From Lobosporangium transversale (lineage: Eukaryota), in assembly GCF_002105155.1 (NCBI RefSeq), contig NW_019029017.1, positions 310,001-374,000 on the forward strand: 64,000 nt of DNA. Direction: 5' to 3'. Below the pieces are notes generated by a model. That model was not told where the DNA came from, did not search any database, and was given only the letters and a program-made list of their open reading frames with translations. Positions 1 to 12,151 of this stretch are shown piece by piece. The translations under genes were made by a program, and so were the position numbers. Numbering within the stretch: the stretch's first letter is position 1; every line of letters starts with the position of its first letter.

Positions 1-56
1 GAAAGTGCTTTCAACTAACACCTTTTATTTATTTATTTACTTTAATGTAATTGTAG

Positions 57-645
57 CAAGGTAGATATGTGGGCATGTGGTGTTATATATATGTGCATGA
101 GGCTCGGGCGATATACTTGGCATGAGGCCTCGAATGGAGACCCCATTTGGGATGCATTCCTGTACAAGCGTGAGCGCTTCCTGAGTGTCCAGGATATCAA
201 GCTGCAACAGCCACAGCCACAGCCACAGCTAGCACAGCACATGGCACACTCAAATCCTTATAGGAGCCACACCCCTCCTTCTCACATCAATCTGACAGCA
301 ATCGAGCAAGTACTACATGTCACACTTGCGTGGCCAAATCATGTTCTAGATGTGATTGAGAATGTTTTGGAGCCTGATACAAGGAAACGATGGCAGGCTA
401 CTAGTGTTATGAACAGTGAGTGGTTTCAGTTAATTGAGAACTGCCATCCGACCCCTCCTCCTCCAGAACAGGTGTTGGATGAGAGCGACTTTGAGGCAGC
501 CATCCCGAGTCAGAGAGTTGGCTCTAAAGTCATTGCTGAAGGTGCGTCTGTGGCAGGATGCAAAATTGTAAAAGAAGTTAAGCAAAGGCGAACGATAGCA
601 GGGAGTGCAACAAGAAGTATAGATGGAGTCTCTCATGAATCATAG
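57..645 (+). CDS. 3' exon of a Ser/Thr protein kinase, HAL5/SAT4/NPR1-like; gene begins upstream of the window
   Basis: Acceptor ttgtag ends at 56, then KVDMWACGVIYMCMRLGRYTW (kinase subdomain IX) and LEPDTRKRWQATSVMNSEWF (subdomain XI); stop at 645. Confidence 0.8.
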
Positions 646-1485
646 AAATCCCGGGATAATGGCTCTAGAAACTTAAAACTAAAATATAGAAATTGGGTAT
701 TGGACTCCCCTTTGAGTTGTACGCTGTAGTGTGGTTGGTCGAGGTCTTTGACTGGTTGGCTTCAAGGCCCAGTTGACGCCCAAAGTTTTACGGTTATTAG
801 GTTGAGAGTGTTCTACGATTCATGGTGTTGTCGCCTCTTTTAATGCGAGGGTGGGAACGGTGGTGAAGCGCGTCGTTTCATTGGTTATGGACATTGCCTT
901 CGAGTATCGAGTGCTCAGTATCAAAGGGCTTCTGAGCTTGCGATGTAAGGCAGCAACCAGCCTGCCATTGGTCCCAGTTCATACAATGCTTACTGTTAAC
1001 ATGGAGGATAGAGTCAGAGCATCTTTACAAAATGAGTAATAGCGAGGGGGAGATAAACACAAAATACTGAAGTGGGGACATCGAACAGCGCCTCCTAGCA
1101 TGGTCGAGCTTATGGGATTACATTTGATCTTGTGTGCCTCAAGGTAGGCGAGAACGCCCTGCCCATCCATATTACGGCAGGTTTACTTGCACATGATGAA
1201 TCATTCGTAGAGAGCATTAGCCTTTACTCTTTAGCTTTAGTTTTTGTAAAGATTAGCATGTTCTCTTTAGGACAAAACTTACTCTGCGTGGTCCAGAAGG
1301 GAAATACAAAGATCAATGAAAAGAATCAAATTTATTAACACAAAAAAAGGTAAATAGTAGAGCTGTAAAATAGCAAAATGGCAAAGCAAAATAGTAAAAA
1401 TAGTACAATAGCAAAAAAAAAAACATATTATTCTCAATGCTAGAGCCGTTTTCTCGGCATGTGGTCCCCGTACAAATACTTGCAA

Positions 1486-4400
1486 TCACGTCTGAAATCC
1501 AAGCGCCAAGGACAGTATACTATCTTCAGCATCTGGCTCAATAACTGTGTATCCTTGTTTTGGCCGACTGAAAAACCCCCTCCGAAGCTTCCCTCTCGGT
1601 CCAAGATCTTCGATGAATGTGTTGGAGTCAAAGTCGATCAAATCGACAGAACCATTAGGTGCATGATTCGTCCCAATCCCTGAGTCACGTCCCTGTAGAA
1701 GCTTAGCTGGTAACTCATATGTGTACGGAGGAAGTTCTCCAACAGTATCACTATATAGAGTCAGCTGATCCTGCCGCTCTTCCGTTCTATTACTGGGAAT
1801 CTTGTTTATGGAGACCGGCGGGTCCACTTCGAGCCCTTGCGCCTCCTGTGTGTTCATCCCTAAACCCGATTCCTCTGTTGGGGCTATTAGTGATCGCATT
1901 ATGGCCCTCGATTGCTCCTGCAGCGCAGAGCGTGGCGACGGTACAACAACCCGCACTCTCGAAGCAATCTTGCACAGGTAGTCCCACCCAATCCATGCAA
2001 AAGTATATGGTTGATCGGGTCGTAAGTTCTGGTAGCAAACCGCATACCATGCTGCGGCCTTCATCTCTACATATTTTTTTTGGGTGGGCGAAACTTCTTT
2101 AGAGCCTGGCGCATAAAATTCTTGCTCCAGTTCCGCACGGAACTTGCGTCTGATAGCGGAATACGCGGTGACGATCGATTTACGGATATCGTGTTCGCGA
2201 TTATTTGTAATTAGATCGACTCCCATGATAAAGCCGCTGACCAATTCTAGATCACTACAAGAAGATACGGGCATAAGGTCAATTAACAAAAAAATAAAAT
2301 AAAAAAAGAGAGACTAGAGAGAGAACTATCACATTTTTTCACTATTAACAATGCACTAAAGGAGTTATAGTTTTGCTTGACATACTTTTTGATCCCATAT
2401 TGGTTCATCAAAGAGCGAACCTCATCATCGTATCGCTCTTTGACTTGGCGAGCATTCTGCATGTAGTCTTCATGGCCATCAATGAGAAGGCGCTCCCAGC
2501 AGGATTGTTCATAATTTTTTGGCTTGAACGGCACCGTTTTAGCGCATTCTCGATATATCTGCCCAAGAACTTTCTTGGACGGATAAGTCTTTTCTGGTGG
2601 TTTTTCCATAAAATCAGGGTATTTCTTTGGCTTTAGTTCTACCCTAAAATCCGCTGGTTTCCCCGACTTTGGGAAATCTACAGCGTCAGAATGGAGCTGT
2701 GCAAGCCGAAGGCATTTTCCGTGGTGGGGGCCCTCGTCATAATAGTCAGAGAGGGCCAAGTGCGCGTTAGCGATTTGGCCTAGATTGTTCAGGACCGCAT
2801 ATTGAACAAAAAATTTCATGACGTCTAGGATCGTGACATCATCTCTCATCTCGGCTTCGCGACCAGCATAGACCATCGGTGGGACTTCTTTTATCTTTTC
2901 GACAATGTCAGGATCCCAAATCACCCTATCCAGAAACCAATGGCATCTTGAGTAAGCCACGAAGAAACATAAAATATAAAAAAGACAATTTCCTTTCAAA
3001 AAGCCATGCTAGGTGTGTTAAGCTGAGGGTAAAGAGTTACTCACGTAAAATCTATGACATCGGTAAAAGTAGCAAGTATATAAAGGCGTAGTGTCAGTGA
3101 AATTATTAGCGCATGATCATGTTGCTTTGTTCCCATCTGTAATTATAAGGGCAGATACTAACCGTCTCCGTCAAGATCCCCTCCACTGCACATACTGGGA
3201 ATACCCCGTTCTCCTTTGGTATTAAAGACCACAACATCGCGCAAATGCCACAGCTCAGGACAGTCGACAGCCTGAACGATCCTGATGTCTCCAGGATGGA
3301 AACATGGACAACGCACGACAGCACACTTGCCTGTGATGACCTCACGCTTACTAGGATTCCCAACGGCCGAAACTTGGACAAAAATTTCGCCCTCCTTGAG
3401 CTTCCCTGTTTCGTCGCATACTCCAAGCAAATACGCGCCTTTTTGGACATAAATCCTCGCCTTTTTGGCAAGCTCCTCCAACATTTGAAGCTTAAAGAGG
3501 GTCAATAAATTCTTAATGAACGGGTCTCCCCGTTGCAGAAATCCTGCTCGGATCATGGTCGTCATCATCTTGGATGTGCCACTTTCATCCCAATTTTGCA
3601 GCAGCATCCTATTAGCGACCGCATCGTTGGACTCAATTTCCTCTAGATCCCGAACCATACTGTTCTTTAGGTCCAATATGGTCTACGAAGAATTAAAATA
3701 GAAAAATTACACATGCAAATGTGTGAGGTCATCACGACTTGACGAGCGAGAGATAAACCTTTAAATAACCCAATTTAGCATGCAAAACATAAACGCATAT
3801 CCACACTAGCGACGCCTACCTGTTCGGGAACACCCAAGCCTGTAAGCAAAATGATGATTTGCCTATTTAGGAAGCTTGGGATAAATGACGAGGTCCTGAT
3901 CACCTCGAGAACCAAATGCGAAGCCTTAAATTTCTCCATACTTGGACGGATCTGCACACGTTTCCCTCGCAAAGGCGGATGGTAGACCAGAACACCTTTG
4001 GATCCACCCAATCGGATCTGAAATGCTGAAGGCCTCACTTCCTTCTCCATTTCAACAGCAATCGTCTCAGCCAACGTCCTAGAGATTCTTCCACAGCCAT
4101 CAGAGAATATGGCCCCATCATGCTCTATATCATCAATCATTTCCACTTCGGAAGACATCAAGTTCGCGATTGCTCTTGTGGATGAGAAACATTGACCCAT
4201 CCGTGCTGCATACTTGGCGATCGACTTTATCCGTGAAAAGTCGCCCATCCATTGTCGGATACTGTCCACCGTATCGGGGCCGCCCTGGGCACAAAAAAAC
4301 CACGCAGAGTTTTCTCTCAACTGACTCGCTGAGAAAGCTAGAAAACTATATTCGCGGTCGCCTATTTTGATACCGCGTGTCAACGCTGAGAAGATACGAT

Positions 4401-5946
4401 TGTATATGGCGTTATTTTCATTACTCGTGCTGTCCTTAGACCACACACGATTACTGCCTTCGTCCGAGAATTCAACGCGTAGGAAATAGTCGCGTTGTTG
4501 GACAAAATGCCGAATTATCCTGTTGGAAGTTTCGAGGGTTGGTGGCTGCAGATGGATGGTAGTAGGTGTAACAATAATCTTCCTGAGATTTACATATTGT
4601 TCTGCTACTATCCGAGGCCGGGTAGCAGCCTTGGATAGCTTGGCGGCTTCTTTTACAAGGTAGTCCTTGAGGTTCCATATACGCTGACGATTTGAGATGA
4701 TGTTCTCAAGAATCATAGTAGCTTTAAGGGGCTCTAGATAATGTAAGATCCCCGCCACTTCAGATGTCATATCATAATCTATGACGAGATTGAAGGAGAG
4801 CGCTGATTCGAGCATGTAGCGCACGTCGAAGTCAAGTCCTTTAAAGGCATCCATATCGGGTCTGGATGAGCTCTCCTGCACGATATTTGGCACCATGTCC
4901 ACACTGAGGAGGTTGAAATCTCTGCATTTCCTTTTAAAAAATGCCAGCCCCCTGCTTTCCTGAGGAACCACCAACCGGATAACAGTCCACCGTCCGAGCA
5001 TTGCCGAAAGATTTGGTGGACTTGGCTCAAGCGGCATTACGTTAGTGGGTGGTCTAACATGGAATTCGGCACCCTCTTTCGGAATGTCCACCACGCGTCG
5101 CATACACGAAAACATCGACCATTTTGAATTATCCGAACTTTCCATGTTCGGATCATAGCGCCAATACATGGGTGGGAAGCGCAGGTTGATGACGATTGCG
5201 GCTGTATTGTTTTTTAGATCATCGATTTGAATACACCCTTTCTCCATGTCGTGAAATTTCATATCGACATAGTATTTGATGACTGTGTCCTTGAATTCTC
5301 TCTTAAATCCAATTTTTATCATCCTACGATTTTCCTGGAACTGTATTGAGACTCCAGATGTGGCCACGAATTCACTGCAGAAGACGTTTTTTTCCAGTTT
5401 CTGCCCTAGTTCGAAGCTATTGGCAGAGCACCATGATGTGCCCCCGCTACCACCGGATTGAATTAATGTTATTTGTTGCGGGACACTCACGAGCCCTTGT
5501 ATATTGTAAGGTCGGGCCTCAAAAAGCACGATGGCATCGTGCCTGCCATCAGTCCTATCCACCGTGACATCACCAATCTCTCCAAATTGTTCGAACTTCT
5601 TCTTAATATCCATTGCAGTCATATTAGAGTCAAGATTGCTGATACGGATCCGCACACTCTCGTAGGGCTTTTTTTGGCTCAGTGAATTCTGAAGCTCGTC
5701 GCGCTCAACTTCAGAATAACTTTGCTGTATCGAGGGCTGGATCGCTATCCTTTGTGGCTGATGTGGTTGTTGATATCTATGATATGGCGTTCGGTATTGG
5801 TATTGCTGCTGTTGCTGCTGTTGCTGCTGCTGCTGTTGCTGTTGTTGCTGTTGTTGCTGTAACTGGCGAGAGCTAGAATCGCCTCTGGACGGCCATATGT
5901 AGCTCCGAGAGGTGGTTAGGCGGTAGGGAGTGGTTGGGGCAGCCAT
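1486..5946 (-). CDS. Cellular RNA-dependent RNA polymerase (RNAi RdRP) with N-terminal polyQ and RRM-like domain
   Basis: Exons 5946-3820, 3682-3163, 3051-3045 (micro-exon), 2925-2386, 2254-1486. Motifs: FLAFSASQLR, KYAARMGQCFS, FSDGCGRIS, PSAFQIRLGGSKG, RCPCFHPGDIR, CSGGDLDGD(DFT)VIWD, LHSDAVDFPKSG, YPDFMEK. Confidence 0.95.
5803..5859 (-). repeat. CAG/CAA microsatellite encoding 19 consecutive Gln in the RdRP N-terminus
   Basis: 57 nt of ttg/ctg triplets on the + strand, in frame with RdRP exon 1. Confidence 0.9.
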
Positions 5947-6308
5947 TTTGGTGGATAACAGAAACCGGAACGCCAAAGGAACGCTTTGTATTGAATCGTG
6001 ACGACCTTGAGGAGGAAAACGACTGATAGAATAGAAGACGGAAACTGAAAGAGCAATTGAAAGAGGAGAAAAGGACAGGGAGAGATAAAGGAAGGAGAAG
6101 AGCAAGGGAGCACTGGTGTGGAAGAAGCGATTGCTTTGAGAATGAGGAATCAAGCGACGATGAAACAAAAAGAATGATGCACAAAAAAAAAAAAGCTAAA
6201 AAATTCCACACGCTGACGCCACCATTAATTTTTTTTTTTTTTTTTTTTTTTTCAAATTCGTATTTACGCATCCTTAAAGCATCAGGAAGAAGTACAAAAA
6301 ATCCATCA

Positions 6309-7519
6309 ATGGGTGCCACCTGTCTAGTTCACTGGAAGGATGCCAATGGTCAGCAGTCCCTTACATTACTCTCTGAACGGCTTCTCAAACAGTTCCATGC
6401 TAACCCCATTGGCCGATGGACCATCAATTGGAAGGTTTTTAGGGACACTAGTCCCGTCTCAAAATCAGGAACAGGAAAGATGCTCCATGTTGTATATGTT
6501 CAAGGTGGCGCAACTGCTCGAGGCGTTCCTCCAGGATCCCAGGCGGCTAACACGTCAGCAGGGAGCGTTTTAAGTGGCACAGGTGCTGGTCTAACTGGAA
6601 ATACAAGTGCTATAGCGTCCAATGGTGTTGGGAGCGCAATATCAGGGATGGCAGCTGGGACTGGGGGGATGGGCTTGAATACGGGATCAAGCAAAACTGG
6701 ACTAGGTATTCTTCCACCGGGCGGGCCTTCTGCTAACATAGTAGGAGCAGGAGCGGGTGTAGGGAATATGGGAGGATTGACATCAGCGCAAGCAGCTGCT
6801 GATTCATACAATTCAACAGCATGGTGTCTCATTGATGATGGTGCTGTGGGACTGACGTCGGCATCTGCAGCTTCTACAAACAATGTCAATACATCTTCGA
6901 ACACGGCCGGTGCTGATGCAGCAGGTTCAAAGAAAAAGGCTGTCCTGGTCGAAGTCGAAAAAGACATTGAAGCGCTCATTGCCAAATTGAAGAATCTCTG
7001 GGTCCACCGACAACATGCACAAGTTGAGGTCCGTTCACTTGTTCGGCATGTGCCATATGTATTACTCACAATGGTCGTAATAACCTGTATACTCTTTTAA
7101 TGGTTCAATAGGGGTATGTTTTCGACCTGGGTGATTTTATTGTAAGAGCAGGAAACATTATGGTTGCTTCAACGAGCTATAAAGGGATGTTAATTGAGGT
7201 AAGCTTTGTCACCAATATGAGGGAAGAGATGAGTCTCAATCACAATTATCATGTTATAACATGTCTGAAGTACTGGTTTTCATTCCCTTTAAACACATTT
7301 TCAAAGATCGAATATCTCCCACAAACATCTAGCGCCATAGCTTCCAATGCCATTCTCGAGGAATTTGTCCGCCTAATTTCTCCACCAGGAGTGACACTTT
7401 ATTCTCCACAAATGCTTGATTATCCCTATGAGCAAGTTGGATTGGATTCAAAGCACTGGTCCATGCTCCATTCTGGTTTCCAATATATGACTCTCTTTAG
7501 GAGACAGCACATCCTGTAA
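6309..7519 (+). CDS. MED20: Mediator subunit 20 (Med20/Srb2 family) with a long Gly/Ala/Ser/Asn insertion
   Basis: Exons 6309-7028, 7112-7198, 7307-7519. MGATCLVHW...GRWTINWKVFRD; LKNLWVHRQHAQVE|GYVFDLGDFIVRAGNIMVASTSYKGMLIE|IEYLP match the Med20 pattern. Confidence 0.8.
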
Positions 7520-7590
7520 AATAAGACTATTGACAGTTTTTCAACATTTTTATTTCCATGTTTTACACTGGTACCGAGATTTTCAAAAGT

Positions 7591-9426
7591 TTACAGCGCT
7601 ATTATGATTTAGAAGAGATGGACAACGATTAACAACTTGGCCATGCTGTCGGTCTTAATCTCTTGCTTATGTATTTAACGAGCGGGCAAATTTATATTCC
7701 GAAGACTTACTCTCATCGTCTTTTTGAGGAGGTTTGGGCATGCCGCCAGTGCTCCCCATATTGTTCATCAAACCACGAGCACTAGATAGTCATAAAGTAG
7801 AGCAGATGAGGCTGAGTGTAAACATTTCCTGAAAGTAGTTAATTCAATTAAAAATGAGTCAAACATATATAGCTTACGCCTCGGCAATCTGGGGATCCCT
7901 CATAATCTCGTCAATGTTGGGGCGCTCGCCGCTAGACATCATGCGCTGGGCCATCTGTTGCATAGCAGGATTGGTCATCAATGAGTCTAAGGCTCCGGAT
8001 TGCATCATTTGCTGAGCCATGTTCATCATCGCTGGATTCCTCATTAAAGTGGCGAGGTCGGGCATACCAGCACCACCGCCTAAGGCACTCAGATCAGGGA
8101 ATCCAGCAGGAAGACCACCAGCACCTGCGCCAGGACTGCCACGAGCTGAAGGAGCAACTTCGTTATCACGGGCTTTGGTACGAGCAGTGTTGAGGGAGCT
8201 CTTCATGGTAGGATTGTTTGGCTCAAGTTCTAAGCCTTTCTCATAAGCAGTGACAGCCTCTTTATACTTGCCAACGGAGAAATATGCATGGCCAAGGCGA
8301 CTGTACGCTTTGCTATATGAAGGATCAACTTCTGCTGCTTTGAGGGAGTCTTTAATCGCATTTTGATGATCACCCATCTGACTATAAGCAGCAGCACTGT
8401 TGGAATGATAGTAAAAGTTTGAACCAATGAATATCTTGCGATCGTGCTGCGGTCTCTTCTGGGATAAGAAAAAAAAAGTCCCATATCTTACCGGTTAGCA
8501 TAGTACACAGCATTGTTAGGATTGAGGACAATGGCCTCACCGTACAGACGGATAGCCTCGGCATAATCTTTCTCGTTCACCTTGCGGTTGCCTACATAGG
8601 TCAACAAATTAATTATCCAAACGCCCAAGTGACCATCCTTAAGATCTTTAGTATCGACTCGTTTCATAGTAGAGTGAACCGAAAGAAAATAAAAAAAGCT
8701 TCCTACCAGCAACTTTTAGCTCTTCGGCATTCTTCTTATCCTCAGCGGTAGGCTCAGTAACCTTGGGGGTAGTGGCGGTGGAAGAAGAAGCGGCTGGTGC
8801 CACAGCAGCATTCTATCAAAAAAAGTTTAGATATTAGTAGACTATCAATCAGAACTTTAGTTTAAATTCCTGCACTTTCATGCTTCATCCCGAGACAAAT
8901 CAGTAAGATATCCTTGTCCAATTTTTCTTGTAACTATTATCATATTTATCCTAGATCTCTTGTGTGTATTAAATTCCACGTGCGTGTCCTTGTGGTCCTG
9001 TGCTTCCTTTGCCTGCTACACGTCAAATCAAGTCAAGTCCAGTCAAGCCAAAAAAAAAAAAAATTACAGTTGTGCTATATTCTCTTGTGCCGTACCTTGT
9101 TTCCAAGCTTTTTCTGGGCATTCACGAACACCTCAAAAATAGACATGAGTGTAGCGGGTTTGGTGCTGTAGGTTTGCGCTTGAGCAGAATCGTTCAAATC
9201 AACTCCAAAGGCCTCTCCAATACACTGAATGGCGACTACCATTCAAGTGAGATGAACTGTTAAAACTTCAGCCCAGAATTAGATAAAAAGGAATTGATCA
9301 AAAATAAAGACTGTGCATACCCTCGACACCCTCAGCATCATCGGACTTAATGGTGCCATTGTTAATGGAGGTCTGGAGAAACTCGAGAATGGAGAATACG
9401 AGATGCTTCTGCTTTTCGTCAGCCAT
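7591..9426 (-). CDS. SGT2: SGT2/SGTA TPR co-chaperone
   Basis: N-terminal dimerisation motif MADEKQKHLVFSILEFLQ...DDAEGVE|VAIQCIGEAFGV; TPR segments (GNRKVNEKDYAEAI, VYYANR, YSKAYSRLGHAYF); Met-rich STI1-like tail (LMRNPAMMNMAQQMMQ). Multi-exon; the final short exon at 7591-7598 is inferred. Confidence 0.9.
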
Positions 9427-9502
9427 AATATGGGTAATTGCGAAATTGAAGGAAGATAGCGAAACTGAAAGAAGACTTTCGAAGACAGATAGAACATACC
9501 AG

Positions 9503-9516
9503 TTATCACGTGATAA
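9503..9516. promoter_or_regulatory. Perfect 14-bp palindrome TTATCACGTGATAA with an E-box (bHLH) core
   Basis: Seen directly about 77 bp upstream of the SGT2 ATG; CACGTG is the Cbf1/SREBP-type bHLH site. Confidence 0.5.
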
Positions 9517-9839
9517 GCCATTAAAATATGCTGATCAGACCTGTTTCTTATTCTGGTTAGGCCAAATCAATTGACTGGGAAGCCAAGCAGCCCAACCGGT
9601 ATTTATCTCTGAGAAGGAAGCCAAGGCTTCGACGACAATAAAATTGGCATCGTCATGTTCATCAGATGGCCAAGCTTAGCAACAGCAACCGATTGGTAGG
9701 CAAGCCTTCATTCACACTATTAGGCTACCATTGGCTTAATAGTTTGCCAGCCACTGGGTATTGGAATTGAAGATATGAATGATATTTAAAACATATGCTT
9801 TCTTGGCCCTTTCTATCCTTGGTCTATAACAATTCATAG

Positions 9840-10878
9840 GCTGGAAGGCGGGCACTGTAGCATATCGAGAATGCGGTAACCATTATTGCTTCACTTACAG
9901 CTTAGGGCTGTTCTCCCAGTCATTGCTGTCGCGAACTCTTTGCAGGCGCTACTGAGGAAGTCTCTTGCAGTCCTGCTATCATGATGGACATATCTTTGGC
10001 GCCAACCGCATCAACCCAAATACACCTCACATTTACAGCAGTATTTTGATCTTGATGGGCTTGATTTCAGAAAACTGGTGCAGTTGGCACAGGGGTAACA
10101 CGCATTAACAAAATACTCGTAACGCTAGCAGCTCCATACCTCAATAACTGATCTTCCTTAGCATGCGTTCACTAATATGCGAACTGATTTGGGTCAATAT
10201 GTGTGCTCGGTGCATCACATCCCAGTTCTTTAGTTCGTAATAATCATGTCAAGTATTGTGTAAAAAATGGATTGAGTAGATTTAGACACCGGCAAAGCTA
10301 CCATGCATCATAATGATGATCCCCCGTGTTGATGACAATAAGTCAATGTAGTTTGCTACGCTGTCTATACTATTGGGATCTCCCTAGCACAGAGTGCTGG
10401 ATCCGGCCTGCCTACGAGTTGAACTCCCTAAATGGGCAAATTTGCCCGTTGAGTGGCCCAAGAGATAGCTTGGGGAAGATGGACATTGTCGCTGGACCTA
10501 ATCAAGTCAAAGTTCTGATTATTAGCATTTCTCGAGATCCAATTAGTATTACGAAAACAAACTATCGCAGTCCTTATACCTCCCAAAGAGACGACTTCAT
10601 GATAACAGAGATACGTCTTGTCAGTCTATTGGGTGTTGTCATATGGAGAAATGAACGACTTTTTTGAGTCATCAATGTATGCATTAGAGCAATTGAATTA
10701 ACGCATACAGTAATTTACACCTCAGTTTCAAAATAAGGCCCAATTGCCTTATTCACTTTCTCCTGGTCCTTGTAAATGCTCCTGAGTTTTGTTTGTGAGG
10801 TTGGTCCGGCCAAATGTTGCTGAAGATTGATGCTTCATAATTTCCATATCATCGGTTTATGTTTCAGAGAGCATTGCT

Positions 10879-10919
<41 letters not shown>

Positions 10920-12047
10920 AAACTTGTGAAAAGCAATCTAATATTCGACCTATACTTCTTGGTGGGATCGTCCATCAAAAATACAAAGAAGTATGCTAGG
11001 AGTTGGTATAATGTCTTATCACAGATAAAATAGAAAAGCAATCTGTCAGACGAACAATATGATCGTTTTTATTGTTATTCACTGGAAGATCATTATTTTG
11101 TTAATCTGGATTAAGGCCCGGGGAAGATGTTGGGATAGTAAATATAGGCCTTACCAAAAATGGCGGCTGCTGTAAGCATACCAATCCCAGGTATGGAGCA
11201 GGTCAGCTCGGTTTCATGTACCAAAAAACATGCCAGAAGCGAAAAGCATATGAGAGCCAATAAAGCATTGATACAAACACTTTCATGGAAGTCGATAAAG
11301 GCGACGAAATGAACGCTGAGGAGACAATGCAGGATCTGACAGCTACTGTTCCAGCTTTTATTCAAGTACCGCCAAGTAATAGGAGCGCCCAAGAAATGCT
11401 TCTCGATTTCGAGCCCAGATATTGACGTCCTTAAACGATCAGTCCTACAACGTCGTAGCACACTGAATAAACTGGTTGTATCTTTCTGTGACCGCTGAAT
11501 ACCACACAACTACAGCTGACTAAATACCACGATTCATCGTTTTTTTGGTGCCGAAGGAAATCGTGTGATATTAAGAAAACGCAAGAAACAGAATATGCAC
11601 TAGCTATAATAGCGATCCTGAACATGATTGTGGATACGTCCAAACGTAAGGTCTTGTTTACTGTTGGTTGCTGTGATTTAGAGCCTAATTATCGCCTTAT
11701 TGCTACAGGGTATTCTTAAAGCAGTCGGTGCCCAGGCTAAGGACGAAAAGATATGTTTCAAGAGGTATCAATAGCTTTTATACTTTCCGAAGTGTCCTCG
11801 AAACCGGCCTGTGGGCCCAAGTGACCCTTGCAGTCATGGATTTGTTGATCGCGTCTGCATAAAACGGATACCTTCTCCGAAGCATCAGATACTGTTTCAC
11901 AGAGGCACGGTGATCAATTATCGGAGCAACATATTCGCATCTTACCAAGTTGTGATGATATCGTATCTTCAACCTCAGAACAAGTGTTGTGTCTGTGATC
12001 CATCTTATGCTGCTTTATATAACTTCGAGTGTCTTGCTTCCCTTTAG
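9840..12047 (+). pseudogene. Possible decayed multi-exon gene of unknown family
   Basis: Several well-formed + strand intron signatures (e.g. gtaagg...ctaat...ctacag at 11646-11708) separate protein-like fragments (HLQQYFDLDGLDFRKLVQLAQ; LRPGEDVGIVNIGLTKNGGC; DIKKTQETEYALAIIAILNMIV). In-frame stops prevent building a continuous ORF. Confidence 0.3.
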
Positions 12048-12109
12048 TGCATATTTAAAGCAAATAAGGATATACACTCTTAAATTACTTTATTTATAAG
12101 AGGCTCTCA

Positions 12110-12151
12110 CAGCACTCAGCACTCAGCACTCAGCACTCAGCACTCAGCACT
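12110..12151. repeat. Heptamer tandem repeat (CAGCACT)x6
   Basis: Six exact copies; contains the cyclin stop codon on the minus strand. Confidence 0.95.

Noticed and set aside
5947..6308. Apparent overlap of ORFs 3775-6168(-) and 6057-7100(+)
   Set aside because: The extensions come from non-ATG starts through purine/pyrimidine tracts; the plausible ATGs are 5946 and 6309 and do not overlap.
11160..11200. Minus-strand peptide SIPGIGMLTAAAI resembling an IS110 or MutY helix-hairpin-helix motif
   Set aside because: Isolated motif with no flanking DEDD/IS110 or glycosylase residues; splice signals here point to the opposite strand.
12110..12151. Repeat arrays as possible CRISPR or telomeric repeats
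   Set aside because: No spacers and no telomere-like motif; these are simple tandem repeats in a eukaryotic context.
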